Positions 50,214 to 59,807 of a stretch of DNA of 64,000 bases are shown in pieces. Below the pieces are notes generated by a model. That model saw only the letters and a list, made by a program, of their open reading frames with translations. It had not been told where the DNA came from and did not search any database. The stretch is from an uncultured Gammaproteobacteria bacterium. Its GTDB lineage: Bacteria; Patescibacteriota; Microgenomatia; UBA10105; UBA927. The stretch is from positions 64,040 to 128,039 of the forward strand of contig CAYMYO010000001.1 in assembly GCA_964394685.1 (NCBI GenBank), read 5' to 3'. Position 1 is the first letter of the stretch; the number at the start of each line of letters is the position of its first letter. The translations under genes and the position numbers were made by a program.

Positions 50214-52408
50214 AATGGAGACATGCATTACTGCTGTTTGTCCTGACAGCTTTATTTTTATTGCCTCAACTTTTCTGGGGGAAACTGTATATGGTTGGTG
50301 GAGATGACTCCAGGCTCTATTATTTATTCCCAAAACAATATCTGGAAAATTTCTCTTTAAAGGTTATTGCAAATAATACGCTTGGCGGAAATATGGGATA
50401 TTTCCCCGTCAGCTATTCAGCACCAATACTAGCGATAGCGACGGTATTTCAGTATATATTTCCATGGTTAAATATACAGTTTTTTATGTACGGAATAATT
50501 CTCATGTTTGGTTTTTTATTCATGCATCTTCTCTTGCAAGAGCTCATACCAAGTTTTTCAGTCATTGGGTATGTCTCTTCTATCATTGCAGCTTTATATT
50601 ACGTCTTTTCCCCCTTTATCCTTAAAACGTTTATGCAACATCAATTGATAGCTATCTTTATGCTCATGGTGTTGCCTGGATGCTTATATCTTTTTGTGAA
50701 AGGAATGAAAAAAAGAAGCTATAAATATATTCTCTTGTCCTCTTTGTTGTATTCAGTATTTAGCGCAACGTTATTAAGTGCACCTTGGTTTCTTGCAACG
50801 GTATTTATTCTTTTTCCATTACTGCTTTTTATCGTTTTTCAGTATAGAGATTTCTTCTGGAAAGCAAGTATTGTTCTTTTCATATCGTTTTTTTTTCTTA
50901 ATTTTTATTGGATCATTCATCAAGTAATCCCAATTGTATATCCAACAGGAGAGGTGAGTGTGACGTCAACGAATTCGACTCTTCAGGTAAAAGCGGCGAA
51001 TAACTACCTCATTGAAGCATTGACTCATTTGAATAGTCCTGTTTATCAAATGATAGGAACTGTAAGAACGTCGTGGTCTGATCGGGAAGGTCCGACGCTT
51101 GCTCAGTCAATAGGGGTTATTTATCTGTTTGTCATTCTACTGGCTGGAACCAGAATACATTTGGTAAGTAGAAGTCTTTATAAATATTATTGTGTCGGTT
51201 TGTCCGGATTATTATTCGCGATGCTATTTTTTACTCCGAATTTTGGGGAATGGAATTTACGTCTTTTTCAATTCTTAAATAATTATGTACCGTTGTTCGG
51301 AATGTTTCGCAATACGTACGATAAATTCGCTTTAGCAATGTCATTTCATTATTCGTTTGTTCTTTATGTCTCATTATGCGTATTAGAAAGAACGAAAACG
51401 AAAGTACTGTTTAAATATATCGGTCTTGTCATTATTGTTGGCGCCATGTTTTTTACTGCTTACCCGTACCTATTTCCAAAATTTAATGATAAAGAGTATT
51501 CGAATAGAATAACCGGTTCTTTGAATAAAGAGTTTTTTCAGCTAATTGGGTATTTAAAAAGTAATCCCACTTCCTCTCGTTATGTTTGGTTGCCTATGAC
51601 GTACCCTGGATATGTATTTATTAAAGAAGAAGGCGAAGGCAATCATTACTATGCAGGATTATCGCCCTTACAGGTTTTAGCGCAATCTAGCGATATTGCA
51701 GGTTATTATGGAATTCAAACGTCAACAAACCCAGATCTTAATTCTAAAGTTAGGATGCTGCTTCGAATAAAGGATTATGATGCTATCGGGCGAATATTTC
51801 AAAAACAGAATATAGGTTATGTTATCGTAAATAATGAAAAGCTGCCAAAAAAGGCATTAGAATTCTTAGATTCATATCCGTTTATGAGTGATCAGAACGA
51901 CGAATATAAAAATGTTATTTTAGGTGACAAGCTCCAAGATTTTGGTACTCGTTATGTTTTATATCGAATCAATCAAAAATATTATACAAACACGGTTTTT
52001 TTTACAAAAGACATCGGAGACTATCCAATAGCAGATGAAACTATTTCTTATACATACAAAAAAGTACGTTCTGGTTTATATAAAGTGACAATTGTGGGAA
52101 TAACAAAACCCTTAAAGTTAGTTTTAGCGGAGCCATATAACCGTCTTTGGAAACTACAGCTTGCTAATTCCAACAATTTGGTTAAGCTACCAATAGAAAA
52201 TGTTAAAGCTTATGATTTTGGTAACGGCTGGGAAATCGATCCTTATACATTAAAGACCAAATATCCAGAATATGTTATCGGGGAAGCTGATGGTTCAATT
52301 AGCTTAAAACTACACATACAATTTTTACCGGATTTGGTTACAAAACCAGCGCTTATTATAAGCCTTGGTTGTCTTATTTTTATATTAGTTTTATTATTTT
52401 TACCATGA
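50210..52408 (+). CDS. Giant polytopic membrane protein (paralog of 46137-48293)
   Basis: The 732-aa protein has N-terminal LYMVGGDDSRLYYLFPKQYL and the same TM, extracytoplasmic domain and terminal TM architecture as its paralogs. Confidence 0.5.
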   Translation: MKWRHALLLFVLTALFLLPQLFWGKLYMVGGDDSRLYYLFPKQYLENFSLKVIANNTLGGNMGYFPVSYSAPILAIATVFQYIFPWLNIQFFMYGIILMFGFLFMHLLLQELIPSFSVIGYVSSIIAALYYVFSPFILKTFMQHQLIAIFMLMVLPGCLYLFVKGMKKRSYKYILLSSLLYSVFSATLLSAPWFLATVFILFPLLLFIVFQYRDFFWKASIVLFISFFFLNFYWIIHQVIPIVYPTGEVSVTSTNSTLQVKAANNYLIEALTHLNSPVYQMIGTVRTSWSDREGPTLAQSIGVIYLFVILLAGTRIHLVSRSLYKYYCVGLSGLLFAMLFFTPNFGEWNLRLFQFLNNYVPLFGMFRNTYDKFALAMSFHYSFVLYVSLCVLERTKTKVLFKYIGLVIIVGAMFFTAYPYLFPKFNDKEYSNRITGSLNKEFFQLIGYLKSNPTSSRYVWLPMTYPGYVFIKEEGEGNHYYAGLSPLQVLAQSSDIAGYYGIQTSTNPDLNSKVRMLLRIKDYDAIGRIFQKQNIGYVIVNNEKLPKKALEFLDSYPFMSDQNDEYKNVILGDKLQDFGTRYVLYRINQKYYTNTVFFTKDIGDYPIADETISYTYKKVRSGLYKVTIVGITKPLKLVLAEPYNRLWKLQLANSNNLVKLPIENVKAYDFGNGWEIDPYTLKTKYPEYVIGEADGSISLKLHIQFLPDLVTKPALIISLGCLIFILVLLFLP

Positions 52409-53454
52409 TGAAATCTTTGAAGAAAATAGTGACAATAATGGTACTATTTATTTCCAGTATATTGCTTTCTCTGTTTTGGTATCGAGACGTTTATATTACG
52501 GCTATTCAAGAATTACATAAAGAAACACTTACGACTGAATTTACAGAAAAGCCACTTCTAAAAGAAGATACACTTCACTTTGAAATTACGGCAAAACATG
52601 ATAACTTTGGCATTCTAAAATTACGACCAAAAACATTTAATCGATTTAATTACGACATAATTCATTTTCGATTACGTGAAAAGGAAACCGAAACCTGGAG
52701 CGTTAACAACGCATACGTTGTTGACGTATTTAAAGATAAATTATTCTATCCCTTGGGTTTTCCGGTCATTCCAAATTCGAAGGGAAAAACATATGAAATC
52801 GAGATAACTTCTGAAAAAGGGAGCATTATAGATTCAATCGGTTTTTATGGTGGGCATAATTCGATAGCTACGCAATATGTTTATTTAAGGGAAAATATTA
52901 TTTTTAATAACTCATTGCTAACTTCATTTGTAATAGCAAAGAGTATTAGTTTAATGAAAGACCCATATTTTGTTTTGTTCTATTTATTATTCCTGCTACC
53001 CATTTTGTATTTTTTTACAAAAAGCCCTAGAACGAGAAAGCATAGATATTTTATTATTGAAATATGTATTATTTTATATTTGTATTTTGTATATATTTTT
53101 CTTCCCGTGGATTTTGATTCAAACGTTATTATTTATGTTGTTTCTGTTACATTTCTAATTGCTATCAATTATTATTATCCAGTTTTAAAAAATTTATTTG
53201 TGGGACATAAGTTCTATCCAGTTTCAAAAAATTTATTTGTTGGACATAAGTTCTATCCAGTTTCAAAAAATTTATTTGTTGGACATAAGTTCTCTTCATC
53301 ATATGTTTATCTATTCGCAATCATATTATTATTATATCTTTTAATAAATATCGCCTTAAACAGAGTACTTGAATCAACTAGGCTAGCCTTAGCGGTATTC
53401 TATACAATTGTATTAGCCTTGGGTGTTTCCTATGTAGAATTTAAAAATAAATAA
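52405..53454 (+). CDS. Membrane protein with internal 13-aa x3 tandem repeat
   Basis: It has an N-terminal TM segment, a soluble domain, C-terminal TM helices, and the repeat PV(L/S)KNLFVGHKFY x3. The MMKSLKK start at 52405 overlaps the upstream TGA. Confidence 0.5.
   Translation: MMKSLKKIVTIMVLFISSILLSLFWYRDVYITAIQELHKETLTTEFTEKPLLKEDTLHFEITAKHDNFGILKLRPKTFNRFNYDIIHFRLREKETETWSVNNAYVVDVFKDKLFYPLGFPVIPNSKGKTYEIEITSEKGSIIDSIGFYGGHNSIATQYVYLRENIIFNNSLLTSFVIAKSISLMKDPYFVLFYLLFLLPILYFFTKSPRTRKHRYFIIEICIILYLYFVYIFLPVDFDSNVIIYVVSVTFLIAINYYYPVLKNLFVGHKFYPVSKNLFVGHKFYPVSKNLFVGHKFSSSYVYLFAIILLLYLLINIALNRVLESTRLALAVFYTIVLALGVSYVEFKNK
53179..53295 (+). repeat. 39-bp x3 near-perfect coding tandem repeat (CCAGTTTCAAAAAATTTATTTGTTGGACATAAGTTCTAT)
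   Basis: Direct reading shows that copies 2 and 3 differ at 1 nt and copy 1 at 3 nt. The unit is in frame at 13 aa. Confidence 0.85.
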
Positions 53455-53458
53455 GTAT

Positions 53459-55090
53459 ATGAATTGGTATTTATCATCAGGAGATTTAGATTTTTTTTGG
53501 AAAGAACAAATTCAGCATCTCTCGTGGATTCCGAACGTCTTTAGAACAGATGTCGGATTCGGATGGTCAGGTATTATGAGTTTGTGGCTCGATTATCCGT
53601 TCCGTCTCGTTTTGAAACTGCTGTCAGCAATAGGATTATCATGGTTCTTTATCGAAAAACTTTTGTGGATGGCGGTATTTATTATCGCTGCATATTCGTC
53701 TTATTGTTTAGCTAAATATATATTGAAATCACGTCTATCTTCTTGGCTAGCAAGTTTCATCTATATAGCAAATACGTATTTTTTACTTCTGTTTAGCGGG
53801 GGGCAACTCGGGGTCGCGCTTGCGTACGCATTTGCACCGTTTGTGTTATTTCGCTTTATCGAATCTCTCGATACAAAAAAGCCAACAATAAAAAAAGCGA
53901 TTACCAATGGATTATGGTTGACTCTTCTTATTATTTTTGATCTGCGCCTTGCGTATTTGGCGTTTGGAGTAATTTTCCTTTATCAAATAATTTCAAGAAG
54001 GTTTCATATACGCTCAACGAGCATTTCCGTACTTGTGGCGATGGCAGTTCATGCATTTTGGATATTGCCGACTATTATGACGCAGACCGGTCCTTCAGTT
54101 ATGGGAGAGGATTTTACAAATCCCGGTATGCTTCGGTTTTTAAGTTTTGCGGACTTTTCCCATACTATTTCACTTCTTCACCCCAATTGGCCGGAGAATC
54201 TTTTTGGAAAGGTATATTTTTTGCAGCCGGAATTTCTTCTTATTCCGCTCGTAGCATTTTGTTCTCTACTATTTATTACACAAGCAAAAAATAAAAAGCA
54301 CATACTATTTTTGGGACTATTAGTTCTTATCGGAGCGTTTTTTGCAAAAGGAACGCAGCCTCCGTTTGGAGGAATATTTACTTGGTGTTTTCAACATATT
54401 CCCGGGTTTATAATGTTCCGCGATCCAACAAAATTCTACATGTTGACTGCTATTGGATATTCTGTTCTTATTCCATTTACTCTTTCGAAGATAAATAAAT
54501 ATTTTGTATATGCGTTATTTGGGGTATTTTGGCTTATTTTACTTCGAGCAGTTGCTACTGGCGAGGTTAAAGGAAATTTTCAACCAATACAACTTCCGCA
54601 GGAATATGTTCAGTTAAAAGATCAATTAGTTCAAGATACAAAATCATCCCGAACGCTCTGGATACCGAACAAAGAAAATTTCGCATATTATTCCGATATT
54701 CATCCAGTGTTGCAAATGAATCAGTTGTTTAAAGATATGTCACTGTCAGAACTGGCGACTGTCGCAACAAGTTCTGCATTTCTTGAAACGCTAAATAACG
54801 CCGGAGTGAAATATGTGATTGTTCCGATGAATATCGAAGGAAAAATATTCATGCGGGATTACAAATATAATAACGATTTACGAATGTCAATTGTTAATGC
54901 ATTAAAAAGTACTCCATTAAAACAAAACGCTAATTATGTAGATATCGCTGTTTTTGAAAATCCGCAATTTCAGGATATGAAAATTACGGTTCCTGACATA
55001 GTCCAAACGCAACAGTATTATGCAAATGTTGGCGTACTTATCAGTGTTGTTGTTTTTATTGTGATAGTTATTTTTATTGTATGGTTTTGA
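53459..55090 (+). CDS. Large polytopic membrane protein (shorter paralog of 46137/50210 family)
   Basis: The 543-aa protein has the N-terminus MNWYLSSGDLDFFWKEQIQHLSW. Its TM topology and C-terminal soluble domain plus terminal TM anchor match the paralogs. Confidence 0.45.
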   Translation: MNWYLSSGDLDFFWKEQIQHLSWIPNVFRTDVGFGWSGIMSLWLDYPFRLVLKLLSAIGLSWFFIEKLLWMAVFIIAAYSSYCLAKYILKSRLSSWLASFIYIANTYFLLLFSGGQLGVALAYAFAPFVLFRFIESLDTKKPTIKKAITNGLWLTLLIIFDLRLAYLAFGVIFLYQIISRRFHIRSTSISVLVAMAVHAFWILPTIMTQTGPSVMGEDFTNPGMLRFLSFADFSHTISLLHPNWPENLFGKVYFLQPEFLLIPLVAFCSLLFITQAKNKKHILFLGLLVLIGAFFAKGTQPPFGGIFTWCFQHIPGFIMFRDPTKFYMLTAIGYSVLIPFTLSKINKYFVYALFGVFWLILLRAVATGEVKGNFQPIQLPQEYVQLKDQLVQDTKSSRTLWIPNKENFAYYSDIHPVLQMNQLFKDMSLSELATVATSSAFLETLNNAGVKYVIVPMNIEGKIFMRDYKYNNDLRMSIVNALKSTPLKQNANYVDIAVFENPQFQDMKITVPDIVQTQQYYANVGVLISVVVFIVIVIFIVWF

Positions 55091-56937
55091 TACTTATTAT
55101 TTTTATTCTTCTTTCGTGGTACGCCGGGTACATTGTATTAGAACGAATTGTTCCAAAATTTCCAAAACTTTTTCTGTTGGCAGGCGCTTTCCTTGTCGGA
55201 ACCGCAATTATTGTGCCCATCACGTATATCTTCTCTTGTGCATTGGCAACAACTCATCAACCATTGTTGTGGGGGACTATAGCAACAACTGCGCTTCTTG
55301 CCATTGTGAGCATTCGGTATAGACGACGCATCAAGTTATCGTTTTCGTTTTCTGAGGTAGCTTTCTTGCTCTTTGCATTTGGTTTCAGTTATTGGCTCAT
55401 GTTTAAGACATTTCATGGCAGCACATCGGGACTGCTATTTGTCGGAAGCAATAACATTTTTGATTTTGGGTTGTCGATTGGACTTATCCGATCCATTTCA
55501 CACGGAGCAAATATACCCTTCGGTTCTCCATTTTTTGCCGGGTTTCCAATGTTTTACCATTTTTTCTTTCCGTTTTACTGTGCATTGTGGGAATATTTTG
55601 GCGTTCCGATTATATGGGCAGTGAATGGCCCAAGCATCCTTTCTTTTGCAGCACTTCTTATTGTTATTTTCTCTCTCCCTTCGATATTTGGAGTAAAAGG
55701 GAAACTTGTTGGTTGGATTGGAGTACTTTTGACAATAACACACCCGACCTTAACGTTTTGGAAATACATTGCAGACAAGGGGATATCGATAGAGACGCTT
55801 AAATATTTGTGGCAAATTCCTACGTATCCGTTTGCAGGTCCATTTGACGGTTCAATCATAAGTATCTTTATGACCCTCAATAACTACATAAACCAACGAC
55901 ATTTGGCATTTGCTGTTGTACTTGGATTAGTACTTTATGCCGTTGTTTGGAAAATAATCGCACAAACAAAAAAGACACGATGGTATATGTCTGTCATCAT
56001 CGGATGTTTCGTCGGCGGAATGTTTTACTGGAATGTAGTGATATGTGGTGCTATCATACTCTCTATTATTTTTTTATTTGCTGTATATAAACAACTTAAG
56101 GCAGGAATTGTATTTGCATGTTCTGTTGGTATAGTTGTTATTCTTTCACTTATTCTGTATATACCAACATTGATTGAATTATTCCGCTTTGCACAATATA
56201 TGACTTCTGATTCTTTCGCATCTTCTCAACGCACATGGTCGCTCTGGACATATCTTTGGGAAAATCTTGGAGTATTGCCGTTTGTGGCTGCCATTGGGTA
56301 CGTGGTTCTCGGAAAAAGGGTAAAGCCATTTCTTCCAATGGTCGTGATGTTTATTCTTTTAAGTTTATTCGCTGGGTATCACAACCGGGGATTTGATCAG
56401 AAGTTATTGTCTATTTTTATTATTCCCATAAATCTTCTTGCAGCCACAGGGTTAATATGGTTATGGAATAAAAAATTACTGATTGTAAGGGTTCTGTCAT
56501 GTTTTCTTTTTTTTGCACTCACAATTTCTGGAGTAATTGATTTATTGGTTGTGAAAAATGAATTCGCATTTCCGATAATTGGCAGTGAGTCATTGCCGGT
56601 TATTTCCTGGATACGCCGGAATACTCCCAAGGATGCTGTTTTTGTATCGTATAAAGACATGATCGATCCGGTCGTCCTTGCCGGGAGGAAAAATTATTAC
56701 GGTTTTTACGGCAATATCGGAGAATTTACACGATCATCTGAAACAGTTTCGAAAATATATGCGGGTGATATAAAAACTGCAAATAAATTGGGTATCTCCT
56801 ATATACTTATGCCTAAATGGAATAAAAGTGATTTTACATATGTTGTTGATGAGATAAAATTACGACAACTCTACCCAGTTGCCTATCAAGATGAACGGTT
56901 CCTTATCTTCGGCACGCGTTTGTCTGTGATACAATAA
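55081..56937 (+). CDS. Polytopic membrane protein, putative glycosyltransferase/polymerase-like
   Basis: The 618-aa protein has more than 12 TM helices and a C-terminal soluble domain. No confident family was assigned. It overlaps the upstream gene by 10 bp. Confidence 0.4.
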   Translation: MVLILIIFILLSWYAGYIVLERIVPKFPKLFLLAGAFLVGTAIIVPITYIFSCALATTHQPLLWGTIATTALLAIVSIRYRRRIKLSFSFSEVAFLLFAFGFSYWLMFKTFHGSTSGLLFVGSNNIFDFGLSIGLIRSISHGANIPFGSPFFAGFPMFYHFFFPFYCALWEYFGVPIIWAVNGPSILSFAALLIVIFSLPSIFGVKGKLVGWIGVLLTITHPTLTFWKYIADKGISIETLKYLWQIPTYPFAGPFDGSIISIFMTLNNYINQRHLAFAVVLGLVLYAVVWKIIAQTKKTRWYMSVIIGCFVGGMFYWNVVICGAIILSIIFLFAVYKQLKAGIVFACSVGIVVILSLILYIPTLIELFRFAQYMTSDSFASSQRTWSLWTYLWENLGVLPFVAAIGYVVLGKRVKPFLPMVVMFILLSLFAGYHNRGFDQKLLSIFIIPINLLAATGLIWLWNKKLLIVRVLSCFLFFALTISGVIDLLVVKNEFAFPIIGSESLPVISWIRRNTPKDAVFVSYKDMIDPVVLAGRKNYYGFYGNIGEFTRSSETVSKIYAGDIKTANKLGISYILMPKWNKSDFTYVVDEIKLRQLYPVAYQDERFLIFGTRLSVIQ

Positions 56938-56942
56938 CTAAT

Positions 56943-57890
56943 ATGGATACATCCAAACTCGTGAGTGTTGTTACGGGTGGTGCTGGGTTTATTGGTTCTA
57001 ACCTCTGTGAAGCGCTCCTTGGAAAAGGCCATAAAGTTTATTGTATAGACAACCTTCTTACAGGAACTGAAAAGAATATAGATCCTTTAAAAACCAATCC
57101 TGATTTTACCTTCATTAAATGGGATGTAACAAATGATATGCCAGTACTTCCTAATGTTGACTATGTGTTTCATCTCGCATCTCCAGCTTCCGTTCCTGAC
57201 TATCAAAAATATGATGAAGAAACAGCACTGGTTAATTCAATTGGGACCAGAAATTTACTGAAATTTGCAAAAGCATATAACGCAAAGTTTTTATTTACTT
57301 CAACAAGTGAAGTATACGGAGACCCGAAAGAACATCCGCAAAAAGAAACATACTGGGGCAATGTGAATCCGAATGGAGTACGTGCGTGTTACGACGAATC
57401 CAAACGTTTTGGTGAAATGATAACAATGTTATATATCCGAAATAAAGGTGTTGACGGTCGGATTGCGAGAATTTTTAACACCTATGGACCAAAGATGAGA
57501 AAAGATGACGGGAGAGTCATATCAAATTTTATTAATCAGGCATTAGAGGGTAAACCAATCACCATATATGGTGAGGGGAAACAGACACGATCGTTTTGTT
57601 ATATTTTTGATCAAGTGGCAGGACTTATGGCGATGATGTTTGGGGATAATACAAAAGGAGAAGTAGTAAATATCGGTAATCCTGAAGAATATACCGTGTT
57701 AGATTTGGCAAACAAAATTAAAGCAATGACCGGATCAAAATCAGAAATCGTGTATGCAGAGCTTCCAAAGGATGATCCAACACAAAGAAAACCAGATATT
57801 TCAAAAGCGCAAACACTTCTTGGCTGGAAACCAATTGTGTCAGTTGACGAAGGTTTGAAAAAAACGATCGAATATTACAAATCGTTGTAA
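56943..57890 (+). CDS. UDP-glucuronate decarboxylase (UDP-xylose synthase, UXS-like SDR)
   Basis: The sequences VTGGAGFIGSNL and FTSTSEVYGDPKEHPQKETYWGNVNPNGVRACYDESKRFGEMI are nearly identical to the UXS signature block. Confidence 0.85.
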   Translation: MDTSKLVSVVTGGAGFIGSNLCEALLGKGHKVYCIDNLLTGTEKNIDPLKTNPDFTFIKWDVTNDMPVLPNVDYVFHLASPASVPDYQKYDEETALVNSIGTRNLLKFAKAYNAKFLFTSTSEVYGDPKEHPQKETYWGNVNPNGVRACYDESKRFGEMITMLYIRNKGVDGRIARIFNTYGPKMRKDDGRVISNFINQALEGKPITIYGEGKQTRSFCYIFDQVAGLMAMMFGDNTKGEVVNIGNPEEYTVLDLANKIKAMTGSKSEIVYAELPKDDPTQRKPDISKAQTLLGWKPIVSVDEGLKKTIEYYKSL

Positions 57891-57900
57891 GAAAAACTTT

Positions 57901-58245
57901 ATGATTCGTATTATTACATCCTCAATATCACTGAAAGAATTGAAAGAATCGGCTAAAAATGGTTTAGGAACACTCGTTAAAGCGGTAGTAGATATCGAAC
58001 GAAAACTCATGGCAATAGAAGGAGCCATGCATGCTGATGAAGAACAAATACTTCTTACTGATGGATCGAAACAACAGAATCTTTGGGGTATAAATATTTA
58101 TCCTGATCTTCCGATTGCTGATCGTATTGAATTTGATTCAATGATAAATATTCGTCCTTCACAAGGGAATCCAAGCAGATCAGTAGAAAATCCTAACATT
58201 CAAAAGGAAATTCAAAGAATTGTAAACAGCATAATTACTGAATAA
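57901..58245 (+). CDS. Hypothetical protein (114 aa)
   Basis: Its presence as a complete ORF, its tight spacing with the next ORF, and its coding-like composition support the call. No family was recognised. Confidence 0.4.
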   Translation: MIRIITSSISLKELKESAKNGLGTLVKAVVDIERKLMAIEGAMHADEEQILLTDGSKQQNLWGINIYPDLPIADRIEFDSMINIRPSQGNPSRSVENPNIQKEIQRIVNSIITE

Positions 58246-58247
58246 GT

Positions 58248-58571
58248 ATGTATCATCCGTCACTTACACAAGAGAAATGGAATTCCCTCTCAACCTTTGA
58301 ACAGCTTGGAAATATTGGAAGTGAAGTGTCACGCGCCATCATTTGGCGTTCAAAAAATGCTGAGTATATGAAACTTGCAGTTTTTCGGGCTTTAGAATTA
58401 TTGGATTTGTCTGTTGGTGACAAGAAAAATATTCTTAATTTAAAAGAAATTCTTCGTGTCAGGGAGTGCATCGCTGATTATTTTTTAGGAGATAACGTAT
58501 ATAAGTTTACCGATGAGTGGTGGAATAAGTACTTTATGGAGTATGCAATGGCCGCAAGGAGACATACGTGA
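58248..58571 (+). CDS. Hypothetical protein (107 aa)
   Basis: It starts 3 nt after the previous stop. It is soluble and Trp/Tyr-rich. Confidence 0.4.
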   Translation: MYHPSLTQEKWNSLSTFEQLGNIGSEVSRAIIWRSKNAEYMKLAVFRALELLDLSVGDKKNILNLKEILRVRECIADYFLGDNVYKFTDEWWNKYFMEYAMAARRHT

Positions 58572-58780
58572 AACTTCAGGATGTCGGATTTTTTATTGTG
58601 TTAGCTATACTTCTTATTGTTCGTAAGCCAATCTGGTTTGTGTACACGGGGCTTTTATGTTTTGCACTCGCAATTCCATTATTTGCCCAGTGGGTATTTT
58701 TCACCGGAGAGCGGCTTGTTTGGTATGGAGCAGGATTTATATTTGTGAGTATAATACTATATATAGTCAAAAAGGAATAA
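58568..58780 (+). CDS. Small 2-TM membrane protein (70 aa)
   Basis: The start overlaps the upstream stop in ATGA fashion. Two clear hydrophobic helices are present. Confidence 0.45.
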   Translation: MKLQDVGFFIVLAILLIVRKPIWFVYTGLLCFALAIPLFAQWVFFTGERLVWYGAGFIFVSIILYIVKKE

Positions 58781-58784
58781 ATAT

Positions 58785-59765
58785 ATGAAATTCTTAATTA
58801 CCGGTGGTGTTGGATATATCGGGTCACTAACAAATGCATTCATTCAATCTCAAGGACACGAGACAGTTGTTTTTGACAGCCTAGTCAATGGTCATCGGGA
58901 ATCTGTTGGAAAAACACCGCTTATTGTTGGAGATTTATGTAATAAAGATGAAATAGATGCAGTGTTTCAGGATGAACGATTTGATGCGGTGATCCACTTT
59001 GCTGCGTTTGCTCTTGCCGGCGAATCCATGGAACGGCCATATGACTATTTAAGAAATAATATCAATGGAACGTTAAATCTTCTGGATTCAATGCATAAAT
59101 ATGATTGCAAAACACTCATATTTTCCTCAACATGTGCAATTTATGGATTCCCAAAATCACTTCCTGTGACCGAAGAGTCACCTATCAGTCCAATGTCTAT
59201 TTATGCTCAGTCCAAACGGTCGTGTGAAGAAATAATAGATTGGTATGAGGAGTTATATGGTATTAAGAACGCAAAACTTCGGTATTTTAATGCTTGTGGA
59301 GACATGCCGGATGGATCTTTGGGTGAAGATCATGCACCGGAAACACACATTATTCCTGTTGCGCTTCAAGCAGCGATTACTGGAAAGCCGTTTTTTGTGT
59401 TTGGAAAAGACTACAAAACATCGGATGGAACATGTATTCGAGATTATATTCACGTACTTGATCTTGCTGATGCGCATTTAAAAGCAGTGTCTTCAATACT
59501 TAAAACTAAAGAATCATTGACAGTTAATTTAGGGGTAGGGAAAGGGTATTCAAATTTGGAAGTACTAAAAGCTGTTGAGAAGGTCACAGGAAAAACGCTT
59601 GATATTCAATATAAAGAGAGACGTGCTGGTGATCCGGATGCCATATATGCAGATAACGCGAAGGCAAAGACAATACTCGGATGGGAACCACAGTATACAA
59701 CCATTGAATCGATCATCGAAACCGCGTGGGCGTGGCACTCAAAGCACCCAAACGGGTATAAATAG
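58785..59765 (+). CDS. galE: UDP-glucose 4-epimerase
   Basis: The sequence KFLITGGVGYIGS is present, and the catalytic YAQSK (Y-x3-K) is in SIYAQSKRS. The C-terminal PDGSLGEDHAPETHIIPV and GTCIRDYIHVLDLADAH blocks are typical of GalE. Confidence 0.85.
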   Translation: MKFLITGGVGYIGSLTNAFIQSQGHETVVFDSLVNGHRESVGKTPLIVGDLCNKDEIDAVFQDERFDAVIHFAAFALAGESMERPYDYLRNNINGTLNLLDSMHKYDCKTLIFSSTCAIYGFPKSLPVTEESPISPMSIYAQSKRSCEEIIDWYEELYGIKNAKLRYFNACGDMPDGSLGEDHAPETHIIPVALQAAITGKPFFVFGKDYKTSDGTCIRDYIHVLDLADAHLKAVSSILKTKESLTVNLGVGKGYSNLEVLKAVEKVTGKTLDIQYKERRAGDPDAIYADNAKAKTILGWEPQYTTIESIIETAWAWHSKHPNGYK

Positions 59766-59800
59766 TATCAAGTATAAAGTATTAAGTATTACGTATAAAA
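59763..59800 (-). repeat. Heptad array R4 (GTAT every 7 nt on + strand; reverse-complement = ATACGTA ATACTTA ATACTTT ATACTTG ATACTAT)
   Basis: Direct reading shows AGTATCAAGTATAAAGTATTAAGTATTACGTATAAA immediately after the galE stop. It is inverted relative to R3. Confidence 0.8.
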
Positions 59801-59807
59801 AACGAAT

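Noticed and set aside
53179-53295. CRISPR array
   Set aside because: The repeats are directly adjacent with no spacers and are in frame within a CDS. There are no cas genes or leader. No other regularly spaced repeats were seen.
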